From assembly GCA_964016885.1 (NCBI GenBank), contig OZ024740.1:226300001-226364000 (forward strand): DNA of 64,000 bases. The letters run 5' to 3'. The notes under the pieces are model-generated. The model searched no databases. It was not told where the DNA came from and was given only the letters and a program-made list of their open reading frames with translations. A program made the translations under genes and the position numbers. Shown here in pieces: positions 1-13,927 of the stretch (position 1 is its first letter; every line of letters starts with the position of its first letter). The stretch comes from Eledone cirrhosa (lineage: Eukaryota).

Positions 1-479
1 ACCTCTTAACATTTTGCAAGTGATATGATAACTGATTCTCTTTTTATGACATAACTGTTGACAATATTTTTTAGATTGCCAAATACTGTGCTGCCAGTAC
101 TTTCCCTAGCATGCAATTCTTAACCTAGGGGGCACTTTTTCAGCAGAGAAATCTTAAGATTCCAGGAGGAGATTTTGGGATTCCACTGAAGAAATTGTTT
201 TAGGGTGAAAAAGTATTTATCATTATTTGTACTGTATCTGCTAAATTTATTTTTCCAAATGTTGATTTTTTTTTAAGGATGTTAATGTTTAGTTAATAGA
301 ATCCTGTTAATGTGATTTACCAAATCGTGTTGTATATAAAGCTACTTCTTTCTTATCATATGTTAGAAATGTGAACTGATAAAGTGAGGAAATAAAAGGA
401 AAAGAGATGAAAAGACTTTGGTGTACTTCAGTTATGCCTCCCACTCTTTTCCTTATGTATATTAACTCTTAACGCCCAA

Positions 480-820
480 TGAAGGCATGTGGGTTAGTGC
501 TTTGAGCCTTCAGTTCACAACTGTAAGGTTGTGAGTTTGAATCCCAGACCAGTGCATTGTGTTCTTGAGTAAAACACTTTATATCACATTGCTCCTGTTT
601 ACTCAGTAGTAGCAATGAGTTTTGATGTCAATGGTGCTGAGCTTTATCAACCATTGTCTTTCCCATGGACAACATCGGTAGTATGAAGATGGGAGACTGG
701 CATGCATGGGCAATGGCTGGTCTTCCACAAACACACCTTGCCCAGACTTGTGCCTGCCTCAGAGGGGAGCTTTCTATGTGCGAAACCATGGGCATTCATA
801 ACTGAAGAGGGTCTTCTTAA
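480..820 (+). mobile_element. tRNA-derived CORE-type SINE, old copy (3' variant B)
   Basis: Degenerate A/B boxes (tgggttagtgc, gagtttgaatcc), then a CORE-like block (gttcttgagtaaaacactttatatcacattgctcc). Colinear with the reverse complement of 22020-22355. Confidence 0.7.
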
Positions 821-1744
821 TGACCCATAAAACCACATTAGAAAGACATTCTTGAAAAGTACAAAACAATACAATGACTTTATCTCATTGAAATTTATGA
901 AAGTCTTTCTACTAGTACTACAAATGTTTACAATGATTTTATGATATTGTGTTCTTGAACAGTTTGTGTAATTCATTTGACATTCACTGTTGAAGTGGGT
1001 GTCAAACAGTTAGTAGACAAATAGAACTTATCTTCTATAAAAAATAATGTATCATGTTATCGAGTGAGTTAAGTTAATGTCTGGGATTTTCTTCAACAGT
1101 TCAATATGTATGGATCTTCTTTGATTAAGGTGTAGAATTCTTGTCAGATATTTAAGATTTCATTTCAGATCTGTTGACATTATAAAATACTATAAAATTA
1201 TAGTATTTGAATTAACAAACATTTGAATTAACAAACCCATTTTTAGATATTTTCTGCTAAAATATTACAAAATATTAAGAGTTCGTTATCTGCTTACTGT
1301 TAGTTCTAACCACATCCACTGCTACCCATATTATACTGACCAAATCTTTTTTTATTAACCTTTTCCAATATGTTGCTTCTATGAATGAATATCTGAATAA
1401 CATCCTCCAATGGAGTCGCAACAACCATATTTGATTAAATGCTACAACAAAATGTTTGTTATAAACAACAAAATAAAATCGCTATACATATTTATGAAAC
1501 AGATTTGCCCATAAGGGTGCAAAATACATCAGGTAAAGACTACAAACATACTACAAATGCTAGACCTTAACATTTCTGATGATCATATAAGTACACTGTA
1601 GAGTTGAGAAAACTCTTCAGTCTTACCATGTGAATGAGATCATTTATGATAAAATGCACCCAATACACTCTATAAAACATAGTACTGGTGCCATGATAAA
1701 ATGCATCCAGTACACTCTGTAATGTATTAGTTCTAGCGCTGATA

Positions 1745-1916
1745 AATTGCACTCTGTAAAGTGATTGGTCTTCGGAAAAGCATCCAGCTGTTAAAACCAT
1801 ACCCAAATATGGAATTATAAGCATGGCATTATTATCTGACCCCTTTTGTCTCAGATCATAGCAGCCTATCCAACTCATGTTAGCATGAAAAGGGATTGTA
1901 AAATGATGATGATGAT
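1745..1916 (+). mobile_element. Old RTE/SINE 3'-tail fragment
   Basis: ctgtaaagtgattggtcttcggaaaagcatccagctgt...agcatgaaaagggattgtaaaatgatgatgat resembles the RTE-derived tails at 45453-45577 and 54161-54330. Confidence 0.55.
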
Positions 1917-2485
1917 TATAATTTCACAAAGTAAGATTGCTCCGTATTCTTGTGGAAATTTGTCTCTGATCAAGTTCAAAATTAACACAACAGCATCTAT
2001 CACAGGTAGGTAGAGCAACACAACCTAGTGTTTCTTCTCTTTAGATAAGCAATGGGTGTCCCTTAATCAGACCCACTCGATTGGATTCCTTTTCAGACAT
2101 TTTCCCGATGCCCTGGAGGCAATCCATAATACTACAAGTGACTCCTTAGTCTGGTTCACCAATCTCAATCTCTCTCTCTAACTATTGTGTAAATGTCATA
2201 TGACAAGAAGGAGAAGTATTAGTTGTTATTTTTCTGTGATTTTCATGTAAACACACAAGGCTGGATACTGCTCACATGGCAGGCGTCAGAATTTAAGGAG
2301 AGTTTTGGTCTAGTGACAACTTAGAGATTCCATCTTTAAATCCAAGCAATCTTATTGGGCTAAATAAATAGCAGCAACAACAATGACAATTGTGTTACAG
2401 TAGTTGTTAAATTCTAAGCCAGTTAAAATTCATTTGAAGCATACTACAATCTGGAACGACCTAGTAGAGAACCAATGTAATATAG

Positions 2486-2692
2486 ATGTTATTTAGCACC
2501 ATGTCAGCCCTGCAGAGCAAACCTAGGTTTAAGGCATTCCACTCATGATCATCCAATCATTCAATAAAGCTTAATGTATCTAAGATTACATTACCCATTG
2601 GGCTTTTTTCTTTTTACAGAAGTTGGATGTGGGATTTGAAGGAGATGTGGCTGCTATTTCTAACACGTCAAGCAATCACATAGAGGTCTCTT
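2486..2692. repeat. Old dispersed SINE-like repeat; related copies at ~16450-16610, ~24915-25105 and partly 39110-39160
   Basis: Shared blocks gtt(a/g)tttagc(a/c)cca(t/g)gtcag...(g/t)gctatttc...cacatagagg between the copies. Confidence 0.5.
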
Positions 2693-2711
2693 CATAATAG
2701 TAATGTAATGT

Positions 2712-2805
2712 TAGTAGTGGTAGTAGTGGTGGCAGTGGTAGTAGCAGTAGTGGTGGTTTTAGTGATAGTAGCAGTAGTGGTGGTAGTAGTAATAGTAGTA
2801 GTATG

Positions 2806-2837
<32 letters not shown>

Positions 2838-2855
2838 CGCGGTAGTGATGGTGGT
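2712..2855. repeat. Degenerate (GTA/GTG)n microsatellite, continued at 8800-8853 beyond the nested insertions
   Basis: Direct reading. Confidence 0.85.
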
Positions 2856-2866
2856 ATTATTACTAT

Positions 2867-3000
2867 TACGTTCTCAGTTCAAATCCCGCTGAAGTTAGCT
2901 TTACCTTTCATCCTTACGGGGTCGATAAAATAAAGTACCAGTAATGCACTGGGTAATTGCTGGCCTTGTGCCAAAAGTAGAAACAATTATTATTATTATT
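2867..3000 (+). mobile_element. 5'-truncated Nin/Deu-like tRNA SINE with (ATT)n tail
   Basis: B box gttcaaatcc; cctttcatccttacggggtcgataaaataaagtacc core; 3' end ctggccttgtgccaaaagtagaaacaattatt, as in the other five copies in the window. Confidence 0.8.
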
Positions 3001-3197
3001 ACGGACGTCTTTTTGCTCGCTCCCGTAAGTTCACTTATTTACCTATCAAAAATGATTTATTAAATGTTTGTTGTTGTGTAAGGCATACAAGCCCTTGGAC
3101 TTTGCCCTGTGAAGGGGAATGAATAATATTTGGGCCTTTTGGCCCAAATATTTGAACTATTTACATTTTTTAAAATTATTGAGAAAAAAAAAAAAAC

Positions 3198-5063
3198 ATG
3201 GCTGAGCCACGCCCCCAGCGATATATCTGCTGTCGTGCGACGATGACGTAGAAGTTGAGAGGAGCGCTACAGCGAAATTAACATAAATTGATAACACAAA
3301 CACCACCACAAACAATGTAAACAAAGACACCAATGATACCAATGAGAACTCTAATTTTGAAAAAAATGAGAGTAACAGCGACAACGAAAATACAGATGAC
3401 AAAAAAAAAAATGACAAATGCAACAACAATATCAACACCACTAACATGAAAACAAATAACGACAACACCATCAGCAACAATACCAACTGCACCGAGAACA
3501 ACGGTGGCAAAAAAACAACAATGATAACAGCGGCAGTGATAACAACAACACCAACAAGAACAACGACAACAACACCCCCAACAAAAACAAGAAGAACACT
3601 TTCGCTGCGGTAGCAGCAAAAAAGAGGCCATCCTTCAACATGGACCTCTCAAACAAAGATGAAAAGTTGGCCCAGGCATGGAAGCTCATCAAGCAAGAGC
3701 AAACCTGGGCCAACTTAACTGTCCTGGTAGAAGCTATTGAGGCAGTTGAGCACTGAACGCTGCATTATAGATGCATCTCAGCACAAACCAAAAGGGCAGC
3801 TTTAATCCCACAAGAAGATGTCGAAGTCGCGCTGAGGTGCATCAGAGAAGACACCAAATACATAGCGAGGGGCAGACAGTACGGCACCATTTCGGTGCTG
3901 TTCAAGTCAGAAGCCCTCGCTATGAAACACGCTATGACTCCTTGCAAAACCAGTAAGGTCATAATGTACCCCTCCCACATGGGAAAAAGAACGGCCCGTC
4001 CCCGCAATCCCAGAATCCCACCAGGGCTTGACATGTGGTGGCCTCTGGGATGTGTGATTGTGGAAGGGACGGATACCGTCCCGATAGAAGTGACCAGAAC
4101 GGCCAGAGAGGACTGGTCCTAGGTTGACCTGGAGATCCTTCTCCAGATCAGGCCCGAGAATGTGAAGACAATCCCGAACCACATCCGCCTTCAGAATGGG
4201 ACGGTCATTCATATTATGAACGAAGGCAAATGGCCGCTTTGTTTTGTTTGTGGGGAAAAAACCCATTTGCGAGCCTTCTGCCCTCAACTGCTGAAAGATG
4301 CAAGGGGTCGAAAGGCTCCACTGCTGCCGACTCCGGGGCGAGGACCACAACCAACACCAGCACCAGCAAAACCACCAACAACAACACCAATAGAAAGACC
4401 ACCACCAACATTGACCACCCAGGGGGGAAACAAGGAAAGGTGTCAAATTCCCCCTCCCTCCGAAAATACACACACCAATAAAACCATAAACACACGCACA
4501 GACACAATTACAGACACAGACCCCTCATCTACCAGTAATGAAGATGAGGGAAAACCAAAATTCCCCAAAATATAAAAAAGGAAACACAAAAAGAAAAAAA
4601 AAACTCAACAAAGCACAAATTCACCCACAACAAAAAATTCAGACACCACCCACACAAACATCTCTCCAATAACACCAACATCAACACCACCATCACCAGA
4701 ATCCCACAAATGCAAACAACCTAAACAGAACAAATACACACACAAACATCTGAAACCACAGACACCGCATTCACAACAAACACAGACACAACCGAAACAA
4801 GACAACCAAAACCATCACCACCACAGCCACGCAAACAAATAAAATCACACCAACAAAACATACAAAACTTCATGCTCGCCAGGAGGGCCAACAAGGAACT
4901 GATGGCCCTCGTAGCACGAAGTGAAAATATACAAAAAGAGGGGGAAATTTTTAAATCGAACACATTTCGGGTGCCGGAAGATTTGTTTCTGGTGCGAATG
5001 TCACTCGATTTATACAAAGAAATACGAGACAGCTTTCCTCAGGACGTGGGAACCCCGACGTAA
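3198..5063 (+). pseudogene. Tx1-type ORF1 (gag-like), frameshifted
   Basis: ATG at 3198; CCHC knuckle CFVCGEKTHLRAFC; low-complexity T/N/P/Q linkers; split into several ORF pieces. Confidence 0.7.
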
Positions 5064-5193
5064 AACCCACTTCAAGACTTTTAAAGGGTTCGCAAAAGAA
5101 ACCCACCAACTATGGAGGTCGAACCACCCGACCTTCACAAGAGCCCGGAAGGAAAGTAAACCTTTCCTCTCTCTCTCTTTTTAACCTGCCAAC

Positions 5194-8100
5194 ATGGCCG
5201 TATTAAGAGTAGGATGTTTAAATGTTCGAGTCCTGGGATTGTCCTGGAAGCAGGGTCACCTGCTCAACGACCTCAGGTCTCTAGAAATTGATGTAATTGC
5301 CGTCAGCGAGACCAGGATTTCCGACACGCACGAACTATCCCCCATTTTCGATGACTATCAGCTCTTTGCATCTGTTAGCCGGCCGGTAATGGGAGGCAGG
5401 GTGGCAGTGCTGTTTAGGAAAGGCCTGGATCTCGAGGTAAGGTCGATCTTCCGAGACCCGGACGGAAAGTTGGTGGTTTTGGATGTGAACAATAACGAAG
5501 GTGGTGCCTTTAGACTGGTGGCCGTCTATGCTCCTACTGGGGCAGGACGGCCGGACTTCTTTAGACACCTGGAAGCTTTTCTGGGTACGTGTCGCTCTTT
5601 ACTGTTAGCGGGGGACTGGTACGGCATCTTAGACGCACGCTGGGACTGTGTGGGAGTATCCGATAGGAGCGGGGTGTGCAAAAGCCTCGAGAACCTGATC
5701 AGCCAGTTCCAACTGTCTGACAGGTACCGACTAGATTTCCCTAATGCGCCAGTATGGACCTGGGCTAACTGCATAGGGTCATCTAGATCGTATATAGACA
5801 GGATATTCATTAGGAAAATAGACAGAAATAGTGTAAGCTGTCCACGTTTTGAAATGGTCGCCTATTCAGATCACAAGTTTGTGATCTGTATGGTCGACCT
5901 AGATAAGACGCGTAGGTTAGGACCTGGTTACTGGAAGATTAAGATGTCATTTCCGGCACGTAAGGCTTACAGGGTCAACAATTTAGTTAAGAAAAAGTTG
6001 ACAGGGGGAGTCGTCAACAATAGATGGAGGGGGGCTCTCAAAAGAGAGATTAGAGTAATGTCGATAGAGTTTAGCAAATAAGTAGCATTAGAGAAAAATA
6101 GAAAGTAGGGGGAGTTGGTAGATAAGTTAGACGAGGCTATTGGTAGTGGCATTGCAACTGATGTGCTAGCGGCGAGAATGGCATTAGACCATTTCTTCAA
6201 TGCGAAACATGAAGGTTGCATTGTCAGAGCTAAGGCGCGTGCTCTGAGAAACGAAGGAACCAAAGCTGTTCGATGGGCCTGCGTGGCAGAGGCGCAGCAT
6301 GATAATAAAACCACGATTCGGTCTTTGACGGACCGAGACGGACACGAGCTGAGCGATTCCAAGTGTATGTGTGAGCCTTTCGCCAACATTTTGCTCGGTT
6401 GTTCGGTGCAAGTGGCGGACTTCAGTCCCTACCTTGATGACTTGCCGCAACTCTCGACGGCTGACGCTGGGTGCTGCGAAATGCCAATTACTTCAGCCGA
6501 AATTCAGGATGCCCTTGTCGGCTGCATGATGTGCAAGTCACCCGGTTTGGATGGTCTGCCCTACAAGCTTTACGTAAATATGCCAAACTTGTTCTCCAAT
6601 CTCCTCGAAGCCCTCTACTGCAACTGGAAGAAAAACGGGAGTATTCCCAGTTCTGTGAGCCAGGGCGTAGTGATGCTGATAAGGAAAGACGAGAACAAGA
6701 GGGACACATTAGACAATTTCAGGCCCATAACTCTGCTCAACACAGATTTTAAGATTTTTGCCAGGGTGTTAGCGAAGAGGTTGGTGCTTGTCGTAAGGGA
6801 TTTGGTTGGGGAGATGCAAACTTGTGCAATCCCAACCAGGTCCATACACGACAACCTCCACCTAATGCGATACATCAAAGAGAGGGTAGGGTGTAAACCT
6901 GGCTTCAGTGGGGCTCTGATCAATTTAGATCAATCGAAAGTATTCGATAGGGTCGACCATCGGTACCTGGAGGCTGTCCTCAAGGCGGCTGGCTTCGGCC
7001 CCGTCTTCAGAAGCTGGATCGCTGCAATGCACAGCGGCACCTGCTCAGTGGTCAAAATTAATGGCCACCTCTCGGAACCGTTTGAGGTCTCCCGATCGGT
7101 CCGTCAAAGGTGTACTTTCTCCTCCCTTCTGTACGTATTGACTCTCGAGCCTTTACTGGGGAAGCTGGAGCTGTTGCAGGGCATCCCGTTCGAACTGGGA
7201 CACGAAAAGGCTGTCGGCTTATGCGGACGACATCACCGTGATGGTGTCGGACACCTCAGAAATCGAGGTGGTCGGCAACTTATTGGAGGAATATGAAAGG
7301 TTGACGGGAGCAAAACTTAACCCGGAAAAGTCGGTGGGCTTGCAACTCAGCACCTGCAGAGGCAAGTCCATGCCGTCCAACAGCGTCGTTAGTCGCTGGA
7401 CGGACGGACCAGTAAAGTTACTCGGGGTTTGGTTTGGGCCAGACCTCCAGGTGGATAAGAATTGGGACGAGGTGACGGGCAGGGTAGCCAGTCTCACCCA
7501 GAAATGGGCTGGGATGAAGCTATCACTGAAAGGTCGGGCGGAGGTGGCGAACGCGTACATCGCGTCCGTCATCTACTACAGCCTGACCGTCATGCCTTGC
7601 CCCCGTTCGCGCCTCACCATCTTGGAGCGGCTCCTCTTCAAATTCTTGTGGCGGAGTCAGGTTCCGCTGGTGAGGTGGTCCATCTGCTGCCAGCACCCTC
7701 TACCTGGAGGGCTGGGCATGCCATGGCTAATGATGCACAGACACGCGCTGAGGCTGTGGCATCTCCAGATATTCTGCCTAAACGGTGAACAGGTGTGGTC
7801 GCCGTTTGTCAGACGGGCCTTTCCGCAGCTCGTTTCTTTGACTGAGCTGCAGTCCTGGGTCAAGAAGAGACCGAGACTGGGTGACTGGCATCTGGAATGT
7901 TGCCAGGCGGGCACTGCGGTCAGTGGAACTTCCACTCTCGAGTTCTATAGAGGATTAGTGGTGGGCAAGTGCGACGACGCACTCGGAGAGGCTCTGGGAG
8001 TCGACGAAGTTGAACTAACCAGTCTGTACCGGAGGACTTTCGAGCCGGGGACGATGGATAATTTCCAAAAATCCTTCGCTTGGCAGTGCTACCGGGGGGC

Positions 8101-8578
8101 ACTGCTGGTTCGAGATAAACTCTACAGGCATGGAAGTGCTGTCAGATGGACCTGCCCAAGATGCGTGCAGAGTGACGAAACTGTTCTGCACGCACTCGTC
8201 CAGTGTCCATGCATTACTGACTTGTGGAGTTATGTTGAACAGCTGTTGTCGCGTGTAGAACGGATCCGGCAATCGGCCGAGTCCATAGTGAAGATCGACC
8301 CGCCGCCATCTTTTGGCTAGGAAGGGCAGCCAATTTTCCCCTGTCTGGTGGCAGTAGCGAAAGAGGTTGTATGGTGGACGAAGTTGAAAGGACTGAAGAC
8401 AGACACTTTTCTCTTCGGCCAATCCCTCATCAACTTTTTCATGTTTCACTTGGAAAGGAAGGTGAGGGTGGAGAGAAAAGTGCTGCCCCCCCCCCCCCCC
8501 AGTACATTTGCTGAAACATGGGTGAATGTGGCAAGAATGGCTCGTGTGAGTGGGCCTACTCTGCTCATGCGGCTGTAG
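5194..8578 (+). pseudogene. Tx1/L1 ORF2: APE endonuclease, reverse transcriptase and C-terminal zinc finger (stops and frameshifts)
   Basis: APE motifs LNVR, VSET, VYAP, GDW(N), IDRIF, SDH; RT motifs KSPGLDG, NFRPITLLNTDFKI, LDQSKVFDRV, VRQ..SSLLY, YADD across the frameshift at ~7219; CPRC..ETVLHALVQC. Confidence 0.92.
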
Positions 8579-8798
8579 GTAGGTAAATTTGAGGAGGAGA
8601 GGGGGGTACCTGAGCGAACCCTGGGTGGTCATCCCCCCTATTGAGGAATTTTTTCTTGTTGTAATTTTCTTGTTACTTTGTTATTGTTATTCATATTGTT
8701 TACTCTATTTTTCTGTAAACCCCACTGTCCCAGTCTTTTGTATTGTCCCCCATATGTTGGCCCTTGTGGCCAATAAATGAAATCATTATTATTATTAT

Positions 8799-8844
<46 letters not shown>

Positions 8845-9100
8845 GGTGGTGGTAGCGGATGATCCCAAGAAGAGGAACTGTAAGTTATTGATCGTTAGAG
8901 CACAAGATATTAGGTGTTTCTTTATTGGAACTTAGCACCTCATAAACAACAAAAGAAAGAAAGGAATTATAATACTTTGCTGTGATCAGAGTCAAATATT
9001 CTTAGCAACATTGTTGTTGTTTTGCTATCTTGGATTCATTTGATATCAAAGACATAATCTGGAAGTATAATTCCACAGTAGATGCAACAGATGGTAGGTT

Positions 9101-9144
9101 ACCATCATCACTACTACCACTTCTAATGTTGCTGCTGCTATTAT

Positions 9145-9194
<50 letters not shown>

Positions 9195-9490
9195 TCACTA
9201 TGAGGCTAATATTGCAACTACTACCACCACCACAACCACCACCAACACCACAAAACACTACAGTCACCAGAACCACCACAATCACCACCACAACCACCAC
9301 AGCTAACAGAACTACCACTGTCACCACAATCACCACTGCCACCACAACAACAACTACAACCACCACCACCACCACCACCACCACCACTGACAACACAACC
9401 ACCACCACGACAACCACAACTACAACGACCACCTCCACAATCACCACCACCAGCACCACAACCACAACTATAACCACCACCACCATCAAC
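9101..9490. repeat. Compound (ACT)n/(ACC/ACA)n microsatellite
   Basis: Direct reading; source of the poly-T, poly-V and poly-G ORFs. Confidence 0.9.
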
Positions 9491-10186
9491 TTTTGCATTA
9501 TTGCTATTTGCTATAAAATCTTCATAAAAACTGATGTCATTTTCAGCAGCAATTCCCCCCAACACACACATACACACATACACACACTTCTTCCTCCACC
9601 ACATTTTACACTGAAGCATTGACAGCCATAGAATCTTCAACTTTCTCTCTTTCATCCCACACACCACCTTAACATCACCTGCTTCCACCTTGAGACAATG
9701 TTTACTGCTTCTTGTACTGGCGTCCAATTGTTTGCTTGTGAGTTAATATATATGGGTTTATGCAACTGAATAGACATATGGTGTATTGATCTTATTTTGA
9801 TGTTGTGTTACTCATTTTCAATGTATGTATATATATTAGTGCATATAGCAACCCTCTTAACATAGCCTGCTTGCCCTGAGAATTCAGTTTATATATTAGT
9901 ATGAATTGTGACACTCCTTCTTAACATTGCCTGATCTTAGAATGTCGAATGTAGTCCTTGCATTCATTCAGTCATAGGCATATATATGAGGAATATACTG
10001 GAAGTTTTTAGCTGGCTCAGGAATGTTGCCAGAATTTTCATTCTATCAGGTGTGAAGGTCGTTAAATCATTGATTCAGCCTTAGTATTCACTCTTTCCAT
10101 TATTATCATCACCATTATCATCAGTTCACCAACACAACCATACTAACATGTAGTTTTGATCTGGTCGTGCTCAATTTGCATATATG

Positions 10187-10227
<41 letters not shown>

Positions 10228-10228
<1 letters not shown>

Positions 10229-13200
10229 TGCAACAAAATAAAGCCAGTGTCAAATGATAAAATCTCATACCGGATCGGCCGTCACCCGGGTCAAAATGGG
10301 CCGCACCCCTCAGAGAGGAACCAGATTGGGGTCGAAAAATCAGCTAATGGTTCAAACCTTCCCATCAATTCGGAGTTGGAGACCTCCCATAACCGGAATA
10401 CTCCTACTGTTGGCCCTCCATGCTCACCACCAAGAAATCCAAAGAAAAAGAGAGAAAAATGGTCAAGGGAAGACAATAAAGAAGTCCTTGAGGCTTTCTA
10501 CACTGCCATGTACTACCTATCAAATACATCGAATACAGAACAGACATATATCAACTGGAAAAAGAAACATCCCGAAAACAGAGGCTATATTGACAGTAAC
10601 AAACTAGCCAATATACGAAGGAATATTGTGAAGAAAAAGTTACTAACTGATATAGATATTGATCAGATCAAGCTATTAGCACAAAGTCAGCGAAGGGAAA
10701 GTGAAACATGTGTCAGTGAAAACGAAGTAAATTGTAACACTTTAAATCCCAGGGTTGGGGCGGAATAACTGACAGCAGAACAAATTAAAGAAAGGATCGA
10801 AAAAGTGGAAGGAGTGCATGCTCACGATGAAATTCAAAATGAAAACAATGATAAAGAAATAAATGTGAATGAACTCAGAAACTTGAAGAATGAAATTATG
10901 ATCGAATGGATGAAAATGAAAGAATCTGACAGGGGGAACGAGACACTCTCCCTAAGATCCAGAACTCCAAATAAAACCAAAGGATAATACACAAGACTAA
11001 CATAGCTCTCAAAAACATTATCATCACAAATAAACTAAACATTGCTATACATCGGCTAAAGTCACCACTCACTTATGTGGAGTGAAAAAGAAAAAACAAA
11101 GGAATTCCCACAAAAAACCTACTTGGCAAGAGAACATCAATCGCCAAATAAACCTTCTCCGATCTGACATAGAAATTTTAGCAAACTACAAAGTAGGTGA
11201 ACATGCTAAATAAACTAAACTCAGAAAATTGAAAAGAAAATACAATATAGAATCAACAAGTGACATAGACATGCTGATAGAAACACTCAAGCAAAAAGTG
11301 TCGGCCAAAGCTGCTTGTATAAGGCGCTTTGAAAAACGATCTAGATTCTATAAGGACAATAATATGTTCAAAAACAACCAAAAAAACTTCTACAGAAAAA
11401 TTGGCAAGTCAACAAGAATTCTGGGAAAAGATCTGGGCCAAAGAATAGTTCATAATATACATGCCCCATGGATAGACAAACAAATGAAAGATACAGCTCA
11501 CCTTGAGGAACAAACATGGGAAAATATAACATTGAACATCAGCGTTTAGCTCTTAGAAAATCCAGCAAATGGTAATCCCCAGGGAAAGGACAAAATACCA
11601 AATTTTTTGGATAAATGCCTTCACAGAGTCTCATGAGCTGTTAGCCCAACTTTACAATGAGATGGCTAGTTAACGGCATCATGGCTAGTTAACGGCATTA
11701 CATTCCTATATCCGAAGAATGATGAGACAAATAATCAAAAAAAATTACAGACCAATAACTTGCTTGACCACAATGTATAAAATGTTAACATCAGTCCTAA
11801 CTGAATATACATATGATCACCAATGAGCAGAAAGAGTGTAAACGAAGCTCATATGGCTGTAGGGATCAGCTTTTGGTTAACAAAATGATACAGGAAGATT
11901 GTCATAATAGACACAAAAATCTATCAATTGCTTGGATAGATTACAAAAAAGCATTCGATAGTTTGCCACACAGTTGGATTGAAAAGTGTTTAGAGATTTT
12001 CCAAATATCTCCGGTTGTCAGGAGGTTCTTGACATTCAGTATGAAGACATGGAAAATGACACTCCTTTTGAATAGTGAAAAAAAATCACTGGAAGCTCGA
12101 GAAGTTAATATTAATTGTGGAATTTTTCAGGATGACTCTTTATCACCGCTTTTATTCTGCATCGCACTTATACCATTAAGTAAAAAGCTCAATGAAACAA
12201 AACATGGATTTAAAGTCTATGACAAAACCATTAATCACTTGTTCTACATGGATGACCTGAAACTATTTGAAAAAAAATGATGAGCAATTGCAAGGGCTAT
12301 TATCCACTGTTAAGCAGTTCAGTGATGATATTAAAAGGGAGTTTGGACTAGATAAATGCACCAAAGCCACATTCAGGAAAGCTGCTGAGAAGGTCAGACA
12401 TTAATCTGGATCGGGGGAATGTGATAAGAGAACTTGATCAAGAGGTAACTTACAAATATCTAGGTGTTTGTGAAGGAGACAGAATCAAGCACTGGACAAT
12501 GAGGGAAAGGATAAGGAAGGAGTGTTACTGCAGAGTAAGAGCAATCTTAAGAATGGAGTTGAATGCAAAGAATAGGGTCGATGCCATACCAGTAGTAACC
12601 TACAGTTTCAATGTAATCAACTGGTCAAGCACAGAGATCCATAGGCTCGATACAAAAATTAGAAAATTCTTAACCATGCACAGAATACATCACCTTAAGG
12701 CAGATATAGATAGAATATATCTACTTAGGAAAGAAGGAGGACTTGGATTAATCCAGTTAGATATTGCTTTGAAAACTGCAACAATTGGATTATCTACATA
12801 TCTGAGGGAGGCAATGATTGGATGATCAATATCGTTTTGAAACACGAAAGCATCAAAAGATCATATTCCATTACAAAAGATGCACAAAGATACAGTAATG
12901 AACTACAAATTTCAGAAGTTCTCTTTACTGCTGAAATGAAAAATACAAAAAAAGCAAAGCAGGTAAATGTAACTGCAAAGAAAGAACTGCTACAGAAACT
13001 GGCTAAGAAATGGCAAGAAAAGCCTCTGTATGGAAAATACAGAGAAAGAGCTAACAATCCTGGTGTTGACAAAACTTTAACCCATCAGTGGTTGGCATCT
13101 GCTGGACTGAAATCGGAGACTGAAGGACTGATTATAATAGCACAAGATCAGTGTCTGCCAACAAAAATTATCAAGCCAACATAATAAAAAATGGATGCAA

Positions 13201-13906
13201 CCCATTATGCCGTGTATGTAAAAAATAACCAGAGACCATTCATCATATAATTTCAATGTGCAGTCCTATAGCTCCAACCGAATACCTAAACAGGCATGAC
13301 AGAGCTGCACAATACATACATTGGGTAATGTGTAAGCATTTTGACCTGCCCCATCAAAAGAATTGGTGGGAGCATAAACCACTTCCCGTACTTGAAAAAG
13401 ATCACATCTCAATCTTGTGGAACTTTAGCATCCAAACAGACCGAAAAATAGATGCAAAGAGACCTGATATAATACTGAAGGACTTTAAAAAGAGGATATG
13501 CCTGCTAATTGATATGTCCGTTCCAAGAATGTATCTATAAAAACATTTGAAAACTTGAGCAAGTATAAAGACCTGGAGACAGAGATTGGAAAAATGTGGA
13601 AGTTGAGAACCAAAACAATACCAGTGGTTGTAGGTGCTCTAGGAATGATACATAAGGGGTCTAATGATTACTTATCCCAAATCCCAGGAAACCCGCGTAT
13701 AGAAGAAATACAAAAGATAGTACTAATGGGAACTGCCCATATACTAAGGAAGATTCTATAAATATATTACAGGTCTAAACACCTAAAGATACATGTATGT
13801 GTGTATGTGTTCTTTCTTGAACATGGCAGACCTTGTTGTCTCTTGAGGTCACTGGTTGTGACTTGGTGATAACTCGTTTGAACATAAAGCAAGATAAATG
13901 AAATAG
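10228..13906 (+). mobile_element. Near full-length R4/Dong-type RLE non-LTR retrotransposon (decayed), inserted in (TAA)n
   Basis: RT: YRPITCL, WIDYKKAFDS, GIFQDDSLSPLLF, HLFYMDDLKL, YKYLG, RKEGGLGL. CCHC finger plus RLE: CRVC..ETIHHIISMC, RHD, KRPDI, IDMSVP, KYKDL. (TAA)n at 10190-10227 and 13907-13926. Confidence 0.9.
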
Positions 13907-13927
13907 TAATAATAATAATAATAATAA

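Larger units (their letters stand above)
3001..8785 (+). mobile_element. Full-length, decayed Tx1/L1-group non-LTR retrotransposon
   Basis: 5' UTR, ORF1 with zinc knuckle, ORF2 with APE-RT-CCHC, AATAAA at 8773, and (ATT)n on both sides. Confidence 0.9.

Noticed and set aside
796-835. Hammerhead-like CTGAAGA-GGGTC/GACCC
   Set aside because: Not followed by GAAA, and no stem I or III.
9046-9727. Thr-, Val- and Gly-rich mucin-like ORFs
   Set aside because: Trinucleotide microsatellite open in several frames, with no exon evidence.
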